Shown: piece by piece, positions 40,001 to 49,440 of the stretch
Layout: each line of letters opens with the position of its first letter
Position numbering within the stretch: the first letter of the stretch is position 1
From: Candidatus Helarchaeota archaeon
GTDB taxonomy: Archaea; Asgardarchaeota; Lokiarchaeia; Helarchaeales; RDOG01
Assembly (NCBI GenBank): GCA_019058315.1
Contig: JAHPZH010000002.1
Span: forward strand, 640,001 to 704,000
Reading direction: 5' to 3'
DNA: 64,000 nucleotides
The notes under the pieces: model-generated
What the model was told of the DNA's origin: nothing
Seen by the model: the letters and a program-made list of their open reading frames with translations, nothing else
Database searches by the model: none
Translations under genes and position numbers: made by a program

Positions 40001-40884
40001 ATAAGTAATTCCCCGCTAATTTAAGATATTACTAAGCCATCAAATCAGAAACATTATCCTCTAAACAAATCTATGGTTCATTAAAACATTTTAGACCTAA
40101 ATTCCAAATTAATTATAAAAGAATTTTTAATAATTGTATGAAATTTAAAGAAACATTTCTTAAAAAGTTGTTGATTTATATTAAATAGATGTCGCTTACT
40201 CAATAAATTAAAATTATTAATAAATGCATTAAAAGCAATATTTATGAGTTAAAATGCTTTGATTTCTTTTATTATTTTCTTTTATTAAGTTTAAAGTCGC
40301 ATTTTTCTTTATTAAATAAAATAAAATGGTAAAACATATATCACTAGATCACTAGGACTTAATAGATCAAAATTTGAGTTTCTAGATAACCGATTTAATC
40401 AAGTTTAAATTTAAGATTCCAATCTATAATATTAAATCAAAATGATTCTGAATTTTGGGGTTTCTTTCTTTTAGGCCGATTTAATAATATTAAAAAGTCG
40501 GTCTCTTCCCGAAAATTATTTATAGTTAAATTTATCTTTACACGATTTATTGCGAGTTTATCTCTTCTTAAATCCTCCATTTTATTCACCCAAATATTTA
40601 TTGAGATCAATCAGTTTGCTATCTTTCTTTTTCAATTTATTTTCTTTTTCTAATTTGTCAACTAGGTTTGATAATTTTTTTATAGTTTCATCCATCAAAA
40701 AATTCAAAAGAAAGGGAAAATTTAAGGTGTTAAGTAAATAAAATTTGACTAGTCCAATTGAATAAAGTTAGTAAATTGATTTTTACTTTCTAAAATTTGT
40801 CCATTCTCCCTTTCTTTGAGGATCATTTATAAAATTTTGGTAATGTTACAAAATTATATAGATGGAATGAAAAATGAGAAGATT

Positions 40885-40975
40885 CCGGAGTTACTGGAAT
40901 TTTTAGTATAGCTTGATAATTGTAGTACTAAGATAAAACATATAGAAAAAAGGATTATTTTCTTTCTATTTGTAT
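40885..40975 (-). pseudogene. Remnant of the 5' end (signal peptide) of a third FG-GAP propeller copy
   Basis: ggagttactggaattt...agtatagcttgataattgtagtactaag matches ~45040-45130 and ~42390-42480. Confidence 0.65.
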
Positions 40976-41084
40976 TTTATAAATTCTCCGTAGATTTAAT
41001 GGGATTTTTAAGAATTTTATGATGTTTGATTAATTCTTTAAAAAAATAAAAAAATTCATGTAATGAAAGACTTTATATCGAGGT

Positions 41085-42482
41085 TCAGAGAGCCATAAGC
41101 AATAACAAGCTTATTATAATGTATATCCATGAAGGAATTGGTTCACATTCATATCCTTTTAAATAAAACGTGAAATTTCCTCTGCTGTTTCCTTCCATAC
41201 AGACTAAATCATTATACCCATAAATTACCACGTCATCGTAACCATTACTATTAGCATCTCCAAAATTTATAGGCCATTCTGCTGGTGATTCTCTCCATTC
41301 AGGTGGACAGAAGGCGGTATAATAACCATGAAGCGTCCAAATGACAGAACCATTATTTCCTGAAAGACAATACGTCGTGCTATCATTTATAGAGGTTCCA
41401 ACAACAACTTCTGGGATACCATCACCATTAACATCATTAATCCATGTCTGCATATGAAAGGAATGCGGAGTTGTCCTATTCCAGAGTTCAAAACTCGTAT
41501 TTCCATCTAAAATTTTAAGAACAGTTTGGTTAGAAGTATCCCCAAATTCAGGTATACTATCAGAATTTAGATCTGTAAGAACAACTTGACCGTAAATTGT
41601 TGAATGATCAATTAACACTGCACCATTAGATCCGTTACGAACCTTTGTAGCCCATCCCCCAATAAATTCAGGGTATTCATCGCCATTTATTTCTCCAAAA
41701 CGTTGTAGATATCCATTACCATCTGCTGTAATATTCCAAATTACAGTTCCGTTCTTCCCTCTTAATAGTGCTATATTATAATCAGTGCCAACTAAAACAT
41801 CATCAATATTATCACCATCGTGATCTGTATGAACTAGCAAAGATAGAATTCTTTTTGAAAAATCGTTATTCTCCCAAATCACAGATTGGCTTGATCCATC
41901 TATACACTTAACTCCACAACTGCCATTATCATCGAATCCTGCTATTAAAAAGTCACCAGTCCCATTAGTATTAACATCTTCCATTGTAGCCATATCTATA
42001 ATATCGTCATATATGTATCCTTCCCATATTATTAATTTACCGGAAGTCGGTGTCATCATCAAACTCCCATTACCAGTTAAAACTTTGAAATTACCATCGC
42101 CTTTTAGATTATACAAAACATCCGAAATTCCATCCCCATTAACATCATCTAGAAAAAGTATGAATTCACTTTCATGCTCTGGTTCCTCATACCAAATTAC
42201 TTCCCCCGTTGCACCATCAAGACAATAAATATGTTGGAGTGTTTTTACTATCAATTCGCCTATTCCATCACTATTAATATCAGTAAAATTAAAAATACCA
42301 TGAATTCTCATTGCTTTCGTAAGAAGTTTACTCCATATAAGTCCCTCGCTAGATGAAGAAAGATCCATTGATAACTGAGAAGATGTTGGAGTCACTGGAA
42401 TTTCTAGTAAAGTATAGCTTGATAATTGAAATACTAAGAAAACACAAATAGACAATATAATCATTTTCTTTTTATTTTTCAT
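41085..42482 (-). CDS. Secreted FG-GAP/PQQ-like beta-propeller protein with a C-terminal membrane anchor (copy 1)
   Basis: Signal peptide, repeated DxNGDGxxD/E Ca-binding loops, GxxGxVIW blades, many N-x-S/T sequons and a hydrophobic C-terminus. Confidence 0.85.
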   Translation of the reverse strand: MKNKKKMIILSICVFLVFQLSSYTLLEIPVTPTSSQLSMDLSSSSEGLIWSKLLTKAMRIHGIFNFTDINSDGIGELIVKTLQHIYCLDGATGEVIWYEEPEHESEFILFLDDVNGDGISDVLYNLKGDGNFKVLTGNGSLMMTPTSGKLIIWEGYIYDDIIDMATMEDVNTNGTGDFLIAGFDDNGSCGVKCIDGSSQSVIWENNDFSKRILSLLVHTDHDGDNIDDVLVGTDYNIALLRGKNGTVIWNITADGNGYLQRFGEINGDEYPEFIGGWATKVRNGSNGAVLIDHSTIYGQVVLTDLNSDSIPEFGDTSNQTVLKILDGNTSFELWNRTTPHSFHMQTWINDVNGDGIPEVVVGTSINDSTTYCLSGNNGSVIWTLHGYYTAFCPPEWRESPAEWPINFGDANSNGYDDVVIYGYNDLVCMEGNSRGNFTFYLKGYECEPIPSWIYIIISLLLLMAL

Positions 42483-42630
42483 TATTTCAATTCTCCTAAT
42501 TATTTGTCAAATACTTACTATAAATTGTGTAAAAGACAAATTATATTACATTAAAAATATTAATTTATAAAGATTTATAAAAAGGAAATTAATTGATAAT
42601 GATAATCTATTATTAAAAGAGGTTGAATTA

Positions 42631-42927
42631 ATGGATCTAGAAGAATATGAAAATCCATATAAGGTAGAAGTCTTTTCCTTTGTTGATTTAATGGATACTT
42701 TAATTAAATGGACAGTAAGGATTATGCCTAACAAAGATGAAAGCTATAAAATGGACATTCCCGATCTAAAAATATGTATAGATGCTAATAATAAACAAAA
42801 TATTGAAATTTCAATTCAAAAGGCTCGTTTATTTATTAAAGACGACAAAGGAAATGACATAAAACCCAAAGAAGTAGATATTAGAAATGAGGATTTTTTT
42901 CCTAAAGAAGCAATTTTGAAATTTTAA
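42631..42927 (+). CDS. 98-aa hypothetical protein (copy 1), weakly HicB-like
   Basis: Intact and highly similar to 45282..45578; GAGGT Shine-Dalgarno sequence. Confidence 0.7.
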   Translation: MDLEEYENPYKVEVFSFVDLMDTLIKWTVRIMPNKDESYKMDIPDLKICIDANNKQNIEISIQKARLFIKDDKGNDIKPKEVDIRNEDFFPKEAILKF

Positions 42928-43088
42928 CACTCAATCTTTATATTTTATTGGAGATATACTATTGATGCCCGCATCTATTTTTTTGCTAAGATTTCATAAT
43001 AATCCATATCATTCAAAAAAAGGCCTCCCAGGACTTTCCTTCCGATTCTATTAATTTGAATTTAAACTTCCAAATTTTCAATTCAGAA

Positions 43089-43537
43089 AATTAGGTTATA
43101 TTACTTACCAAAAAAAAAATAATCCCCCTATTTTTTAATTTAGGAATTTGCGAATTTATTGTCTCTTCGATGAGTGGATTTCCTTTAAGATAAATTTTTG
43201 TGCCTGTTCCAAGACCAAGATTATCTATAAGTGGTTGTAAATCCTGTATTTTGTTATTTTCAAGGTTTAATACTCTTATTTTGAGTAACCCTTCTAGTGG
43301 AGTTATATCTTGAATAGTTTTTCGATTTCTATATCCACCAAGATATAATTCTTCTAAATTATTTAATTCAGCAAGGGGTTCAATATCTTTAATACCATGA
43401 TCTGTAATTGATAGGTATTTTAGGTTTTCTAATTCTGCAATTGGATCAATATCTTCGATTTCTTCCCAAGCAGGATTTCCGTATTATTCAGCAGTTAATG
43501 TGCCTATGGGGTTATCGGTATATTCTCCAAGGGTTAG
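43089..43537 (-). pseudogene. 5'-truncated copy of the LRR gene at 45685..46545
   Basis: Matches ~45670-46119, lacks the first ~140 codons, has CAA>TAA at 43484-43486 and an altered poly-A tract at the 3' end. Confidence 0.85.
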
Positions 43538-43727
43538 GTAAAGAAAATTTGACTAGTTAAATTGAATTGAGTTAGTAAACTGATTTTTAATTTCTAAAAT
43601 TTGTCTGTTATCTCGCTTTTTAGCATTATTTATAAAATTTTTGATTTATTTTCTGAATTCATTTAAAAAAATAATAATATGAAGATTAAAAAAAAAATAT
43701 TATAATATAAAGACTTTATATCGAGGT

Positions 43728-45134
43728 TCAGAGAGCCATAAGCAATAACAAGGTCATTATAATGTATATCCATGAAGGTATTGGTTCACATTCATATCCT
43801 TTTAAATAATATGTGAAATTCCCTTGACTATTTCCTTCTATACAGACTAAATCATTAAATCCAGCAGTTACTACGTCCTCGTAACCATTACCAGTAACAT
43901 CTCCAAGATTTATAAGCCATTCACACGTTGATTCCCTCCAACTAGGAGGACAGTCATATGTATAATAAACTTTGAGCGTCCAAATGACTGAACCATTATT
44001 ACCTGAAAGACAATACATCCTGTTATCTTGACGACAAGTTCCACAAAGTACTTCTGGGATACCATCCCCATTAAGATCTTGTATATAAGACTGCATATGA
44101 AAGGAAATTGGAGTTGTCCTATTCCAAAGTTCAATACCCGTATTTCCATCTATAATACTGAGAAAATCTGGTTCGGCACCTAGAACCGCAAATTCAGCTA
44201 TCCCATCGGAAGTTAGATCAGTAAGAACAGTGGGGGCGTAAATTGATGAATGATTAATTAACATGGCACCATTAGATCCATTACGGATTATTGTGGAATA
44301 TCCTCCAATAAATTCAGGATATGAATCGCCATTTATTTCTCCAAAAGGTCGTAGATGTCCACCATCTCCTGCTGTAATATTCCAAATTACAGTTCCATTC
44401 TTCCCTCTTAATAGTGCTATATAAGAAGTAGTGCCAACTAAAACATCATCAATATTATCACCATCATGATCTGTATGAACTAGTAAGGATTTGATTCTTC
44501 TTGAAAAATTATTATTCTCCCAAATAACAGTTTGACCAGATCCTTCAATGCATTTAATTCCACAACGGAGATTTTCATCGATACCTGCTAATAAAAAGTC
44601 ACCAGTCCCATTACCATTAACATCTTCAATTGCTGCCATATCTATAACATCCTCATATACATATCCTTCCCATAATACTGGTCCGCCACTTTCATGTTCT
44701 ACATAGCTACTCATAGTTCCATTACCACTTAAAACTTTGAAACCACCATATCCTCTTATTGTATATAAGACATCTGAAATCCCATCTCCATCGACATCAT
44801 CTAGAATAAGTATAAATTCAGGTTCACGTTCTGGCTCCTCATACCAAATTGCCTCTCCCGTTGCACCATCAAGACACCAAATATGTTGGAGTGTATGTAC
44901 TAACAATTCGTTTATTCCATCACCATTTACATCAGTAAATATATAAAGACCATGAGTTCTCACTGTGTGCGGTATAAGATTACTCCATATAATTTCTTCA
45001 CCTGCTGTCGAAAGATCCATTGATAACTGAGAAGATATCGGAGTTACTGGAATTTCTAATAAAGTATAGCTTGATAATTGTAGTACTAAGAAAAAACATA
45101 TAGAAATAACGATTATTTTCTTTTTATTTTTCAT
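43728..45134 (-). CDS. Secreted FG-GAP/PQQ-like beta-propeller protein with a C-terminal membrane anchor (copy 2)
   Basis: Collinear paralog of 41085..42482. Confidence 0.85.
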   Translation of the reverse strand: MKNKKKIIVISICFFLVLQLSSYTLLEIPVTPISSQLSMDLSTAGEEIIWSNLIPHTVRTHGLYIFTDVNGDGINELLVHTLQHIWCLDGATGEAIWYEEPEREPEFILILDDVDGDGISDVLYTIRGYGGFKVLSGNGTMSSYVEHESGGPVLWEGYVYEDVIDMAAIEDVNGNGTGDFLLAGIDENLRCGIKCIEGSGQTVIWENNNFSRRIKSLLVHTDHDGDNIDDVLVGTTSYIALLRGKNGTVIWNITAGDGGHLRPFGEINGDSYPEFIGGYSTIIRNGSNGAMLINHSSIYAPTVLTDLTSDGIAEFAVLGAEPDFLSIIDGNTGIELWNRTTPISFHMQSYIQDLNGDGIPEVLCGTCRQDNRMYCLSGNNGSVIWTLKVYYTYDCPPSWRESTCEWLINLGDVTGNGYEDVVTAGFNDLVCIEGNSQGNFTYYLKGYECEPIPSWIYIIMTLLLLMAL

Positions 45135-45281
45135 TATATCAATCTCCTAATAATTTGTCAATTACTATCTATAAATTAAGTAAAAGACAAATTACGCTAC
45201 ATTAAAAATTCTAATTTATAAAGATTTATAAAAAGGAAATTAATTGATTATGATGATATAATTTTCAAAGAAGCTGATTTA

Positions 45282-45578
45282 ATGGGTCTGGAAAAATATG
45301 AAAATCCATATAAGGTCGAAGTTCTTCCTTTTGTTGATTTAATGGATAATTTAATTAAATGGACCATCAGGGTTATGCCTAATAAAGATGAGAGCTATAA
45401 AATGGACATTCCTGATTTAAAAATATGTGTTGATGCTAATAATAAACAAAATATTGAAATTTCAATCCAAAAAGCTCGATTATTCATAAAAGACTATAAA
45501 GGAAATGATATAAAACCCAAAGAAGTCAATATTAAGTATGAAGATTTCTTCCCTAAAGAAGTAATTTTAAAATTATAA
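45282..45578 (+). CDS. 98-aa hypothetical protein (copy 2)
   Basis: Paralog of 42631..42927. Confidence 0.7.
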   Translation: MGLEKYENPYKVEVLPFVDLMDNLIKWTIRVMPNKDESYKMDIPDLKICVDANNKQNIEISIQKARLFIKDYKGNDIKPKEVNIKYEDFFPKEVILKL

Positions 45579-45684
45579 TTTCTATTTTTCTAATTTAATT
45601 TCACTCTCAATGCTCAATAATCAAAAAATTTTGAATTGAATTAGAGTCAAATATTGATTTTCTAAGGATAATTAGGTTATATTA

Positions 45685-46545
45685 CTATCCAAAAAAAACA
45701 TTAACCCCCCTATTTTTTAATTTAGGAATTTGCGAATTTATTGTCTCTTCGCTGAGTGGATTTCCTTTAAGATAAATTTTTGCACCTGTTCCAAGACTGG
45801 GATTATCTATAAGTGGTTGTAAATCCTGTATTTTGTTATTTTCAAGGTTTAATTCTCTTAATTTGAATAACCCTTCTAGTGGAGTTATATCTTGAATAGT
45901 TTTTCGATTTCTATATCCGCCAAGATGTAATTCTTCCAAATTATTTAATTCAGTAAGGGGTTTGATATCTTTAATACCATGATCTGTAATTGATAGGCAT
46001 TTTAGGTTTTCTAATTCTGCAAGTGGACTAATATCTTCGATTTCTTCCCAAGAAGGATTTCCGTATTGTTCAGCAGTTAATGTGCCTACGGGATTATCGG
46101 TATAATCTCCAAGGGTTAGCTTCTCAAGCTTTTTAAGGTTAGTAAGTGGGATGAGGTTTGTAATAATGTTTTGATGTAAATATAATGTCTTAAGATTAAT
46201 TAGGTTTGAAAGTCCCTCTATGTTGAAAATAGAATTATCATGTAAATCAAGCCACTCAAGGGCAGTTAGGTTTTTTAATGGTGAAATAACCGTAATGTCA
46301 CAGAAATGAAGGTCAAGCTTGATTAATTTTGTTAAATTCGAGATGGGTTGGAGATCATTGATTCGGTTCCTAGCTAAATTTAATTCTTTTAAATTAATTG
46401 CATGCTCTAACCCAGATATATCCTCAATAAATTTATCCAAAGCTTTCAATTCAGTTAATTTAAGCATATCTTTAGTTGTCAATGGTCTAGAATGAATGTT
46501 AAGAACTTCACGAATTACTTCCTCAAATATATAATGAAGTTTCAT
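45685..46545 (-). CDS. Internalin-like leucine-rich repeat protein
   Basis: N-cap EEVIREVL...LTTKDMLKLTEL, LxxLxLxxNxIxDLxPL repeats and C-cap LKGNPLS. Confidence 0.88.
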   Translation of the reverse strand: MKLHYIFEEVIREVLNIHSRPLTTKDMLKLTELKALDKFIEDISGLEHAINLKELNLARNRINDLQPISNLTKLIKLDLHFCDITVISPLKNLTALEWLDLHDNSIFNIEGLSNLINLKTLYLHQNIITNLIPLTNLKKLEKLTLGDYTDNPVGTLTAEQYGNPSWEEIEDISPLAELENLKCLSITDHGIKDIKPLTELNNLEELHLGGYRNRKTIQDITPLEGLFKLRELNLENNKIQDLQPLIDNPSLGTGAKIYLKGNPLSEETINSQIPKLKNRGVNVFFG

Positions 46546-46622
46546 TTTAAATTCCTAATACATTATACTTTTCATAGGTTCATATGAATGCAATATAATG
46601 TATGATATTTTTTTAGATATAT

Positions 46623-46672
46623 ATTAAGCTATGAATTAAATCTATTGATTAAGCTATGAATTAAATTTATTG
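46623..46672. repeat. 25-bp tandem direct repeat (two copies, one mismatch) in a divergent promoter region
   Basis: attaagctatgaattaaat(c/t)tattg occurs twice. Confidence 0.85.
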
Positions 46673-46746
46673 AAAAAAAAATTTTAATAAAAAAATTCTT
46701 TAACTAATTGCTAAATATATAATACTGCCAAAATTGAGGGAGAATC

Positions 46747-48042
46747 ATGAAAAAAAACATAATCATAATGTTAGTGTTCTCTCAAATAATCTTAATTTCT
46801 GCGGTGTTTATAGCAAGTTCTGTGGCATTATCGAGTCAACATCAGTTATTTAACAATTTAACTTTTTATAAACCAGATCTAAATAGTAATCTAATAAGTT
46901 CCTCAACCCCTTCTCTACTAGGTAAATGGAAATTGGACTTTACCCCAAATGGTATAGATATTTCGGCAGATGGGAGATATTTTGTATCAGTAGAGCAGGA
47001 TTTTTGCAATGTTACATTGTTTGACAGGAATAGTCGTCGATGGTTCTACGATATGGGATCTTATGTTTCTTACTACGATGTTGCCATTTCTGCAGATGGA
47101 CAATATATAGTTTCTGGAGATGATCAAAAAAATCTTACTTTGTTTAATCAAGCTGGATTTTTAGATAATTTCACTCTAGGAACTGCTGTTAGGGCAGTTG
47201 CGATATCACAAAACGGTTTATATTTCGTTGCTGGAGAACAAAGTGGGAATATAAATTTATTAAACAGATCCAACCCAAACCCAAATAAAATCAATTTTAT
47301 GTGGAGCTATGATACAGGAGGAGTAGTCAATTCCGTCGATATCTCGGAAAGTGGAGAATTGATAGTTGCTGGAGACAGTGATGGTAATGTAACTTATTTC
47401 TCAAAAAATGGTACGATAATCTGGGAGCATAATCCAGGAACCGGACAAGTTTCATCAGTGGCAATATCTGCTGTTGATTCTTATATCGTCTCTGGACAAC
47501 GGTCTAGTAATAATCTTACTTTATTTAATAGTACTGGTTATGTGTGGAATTATACAGCAGGAGATTGGATAAGCTCAGTTGGAATTTCACAAGACGGTCA
47601 GTATATAGTTGCTGGAGGTAATGATAACAACGTTACATTGTTCTGGCAAAATGGCACGAAGATATGGGAATATGATACTGGAAATGATGTTCGTGATGTG
47701 GCAATCTCAGCAGATGGTCAATTTGTAGTCGCTGGAGACATTAATCACAATATTACTCTGTTCAACAGGAATGGGTTTATGTGGAACTACACAACTGGAT
47801 ATTCCGTTACTAATGTAGCGATTTCGGCGGATGGTCAATATTTCGTTGCAACAACAATATCTGATCATTATGTTTATTTATTTGGACCACGTCAACCAAG
47901 TCAACCAAATCCACTACTTCTGCTTTTAGGGATGCAACAACCTGGAGATCAATTAATAATCATATTTTTAATTATTGGTTTAATTATTGGAATCAGTGCG
48001 GCTGCAGTCATAATATTTTTGGTACTTAAAAAGAGAGAATAA
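46747..48042 (+). CDS. Secreted WD40/PQQ-like beta-propeller with a C-terminal TM anchor
   Basis: About 8 repeats of VAISADGQYIVAG..D.NVTLF...G..WxY; signal peptide; TM segment plus KKRE tail. Confidence 0.88.
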   Translation: MKKNIIIMLVFSQIILISAVFIASSVALSSQHQLFNNLTFYKPDLNSNLISSSTPSLLGKWKLDFTPNGIDISADGRYFVSVEQDFCNVTLFDRNSRRWFYDMGSYVSYYDVAISADGQYIVSGDDQKNLTLFNQAGFLDNFTLGTAVRAVAISQNGLYFVAGEQSGNINLLNRSNPNPNKINFMWSYDTGGVVNSVDISESGELIVAGDSDGNVTYFSKNGTIIWEHNPGTGQVSSVAISAVDSYIVSGQRSSNNLTLFNSTGYVWNYTAGDWISSVGISQDGQYIVAGGNDNNVTLFWQNGTKIWEYDTGNDVRDVAISADGQFVVAGDINHNITLFNRNGFMWNYTTGYSVTNVAISADGQYFVATTISDHYVYLFGPRQPSQPNPLLLLLGMQQPGDQLIIIFLIIGLIIGISAAAVIIFLVLKKRE

Positions 48043-48225
48043 TTTTCAAACCTATTTCTTCTTTTTTTTAATTTTTTAATATTTAATTATAGAACAAAAT
48101 TCAACAAAATATTTCATTAAATCTCAATGTAATATAAGATGAATTATATTACATTGAATAAGATGAATTTTATGATCATTTCAAAATCTAAATTGAATTT
48201 CTAAATTGCTACTTAACTTAATGTA

Positions 48226-49350
48226 TTAATCATATTCAGGAATAAATGAAAATCGTTCTTCTACTAGCTCGGAAGCAGAATTAAAATTATCCATGTTATA
48301 AGGTTTGGAAAAATAAGGTGAATATTTCGTAAAAAATCTTTCAGCAAAAGAATTAAGAGCATGTCTAAGAGTACGGCTAGATTTAGTAGCAACTAACACA
48401 CATGCGACTGAATATTTATCACTTCTTTTAATCATAAGGGTAGCTTTTTCTAGATTTATATCGCGTATCTCGCCTTTCTTTAAGGCTTCATTTAGGATCT
48501 GGGAAATACCTTGTAACATTCCTGAAAAAAGTTGATCATCAATCAAATCATCCATTTTACTCCAAACGTGTGTAAATAATGAAATTCCACTATTAGTTTC
48601 TATAACTGCTAGTCTTAAGGCTTTAAATGGAAGAATAAACGCAAGTTTAGGTTGGGATGCGAATGCAATTGCAACAAGTAAGAAAGCGATTCCAGTGGGG
48701 ATTAAATTCAATGTACTAATTCCAATAATATTAATTAAGAAAAGGGAAATAGGAACTACAACTACAAAAAGAAATCCAGCAATTAAATTAAGATATGAGA
48801 AAAATTTAAAATTTTTAGGAGCATTTCTATGAATTAGCAAGGAGTAATAAAAGTATGAGCCACATGTAAGTTGGAAAAGGCAAAAAAATATAATTAAAAA
48901 ATATATACTTGTACTCCACATGGGGAGCCAATCCAGCTCAGGGAAAGAATTCATATAAAGTGAATCTGGATCTAACGAAATAATAAATAATGAAGTTGAA
49001 AGCGCTGTCCATGTCCCAAATTTCTTAAAATCAACTGAATCTCTGGTTAAAGAGTCTATAAGCAAAATTATTAAAAATGCTAAAGGAATAAAGAGAAGAA
49101 ATACAAGTAGAAACAGAAATTCTGATCTTAAAATAAGACTAAATAATTGACATAAGATCCAAGTCACAACAACAGCATGAGCCAAAGTTAAAAAAAGGGC
49201 ATGTTGATATTTCTCTTTTAAAAATTGCCGTAACGTTACTATAAACGCAATTACAACAGGAATCAGTGCTATAAAACCAATAAGTATGTTTATTGACCAA
49301 TAATGAGGTATTTTTTTTTCCTCCTTAGTAATAGCAAATAAAGTAACCAT
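48226..49350 (-). CDS. About 7-TM membrane protein with a C-terminal longin-like cytoplasmic domain
   Basis: Seven hydrophobic segments, then LAVIETNSGISLFTHVW...DQLFSGMLQGISQILNE. Confidence 0.7.
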   Translation of the reverse strand: MVTLFAITKEEKKIPHYWSINILIGFIALIPVVIAFIVTLRQFLKEKYQHALFLTLAHAVVVTWILCQLFSLILRSEFLFLLVFLLFIPLAFLIILLIDSLTRDSVDFKKFGTWTALSTSLFIISLDPDSLYMNSFPELDWLPMWSTSIYFLIIFFCLFQLTCGSYFYYSLLIHRNAPKNFKFFSYLNLIAGFLFVVVVPISLFLINIIGISTLNLIPTGIAFLLVAIAFASQPKLAFILPFKALRLAVIETNSGISLFTHVWSKMDDLIDDQLFSGMLQGISQILNEALKKGEIRDINLEKATLMIKRSDKYSVACVLVATKSSRTLRHALNSFAERFFTKYSPYFSKPYNMDNFNSASELVEERFSFIPEYD

Positions 49351-49440
49351 ATTACATTAAACTAATATTTATATTGTTCTAAAAAATTTAGAAAGACATA
49401 GTGCAGCTACAGATTATCTCACCACAAAAAAAAAAGAAGA

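Larger units (their letters stand above)
40733..46119. repeat. Tandem segmental duplication (~2.6-2.8 kb unit: FG-GAP gene, 98-aa gene, LRR 3' half)
   Basis: Same gene order occurs twice. The intergenic block at 40733-40800 recurs at 43538-43605, directly after the truncated LRR copy. Confidence 0.85.

Noticed and set aside
40540-40741. 63-aa + strand ORF and coding-like minus-strand fragments
   Set aside because: The + ORF is a low-complexity shadow; the minus-strand pieces are short and frameshifted, with no identifiable product.
42960-43085. Short coding-like fragment (..GRKVLGGLFLNDMDYYEILAKK) unique to the first duplication unit
   Set aside because: Too short to assign; probably a gene remnant.
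41085-45134. DGR-type template/variable repeat relationship between the two FG-GAP copies
   Set aside because: Differences include indels and all base types across the whole gene, consistent with ordinary duplication and divergence.
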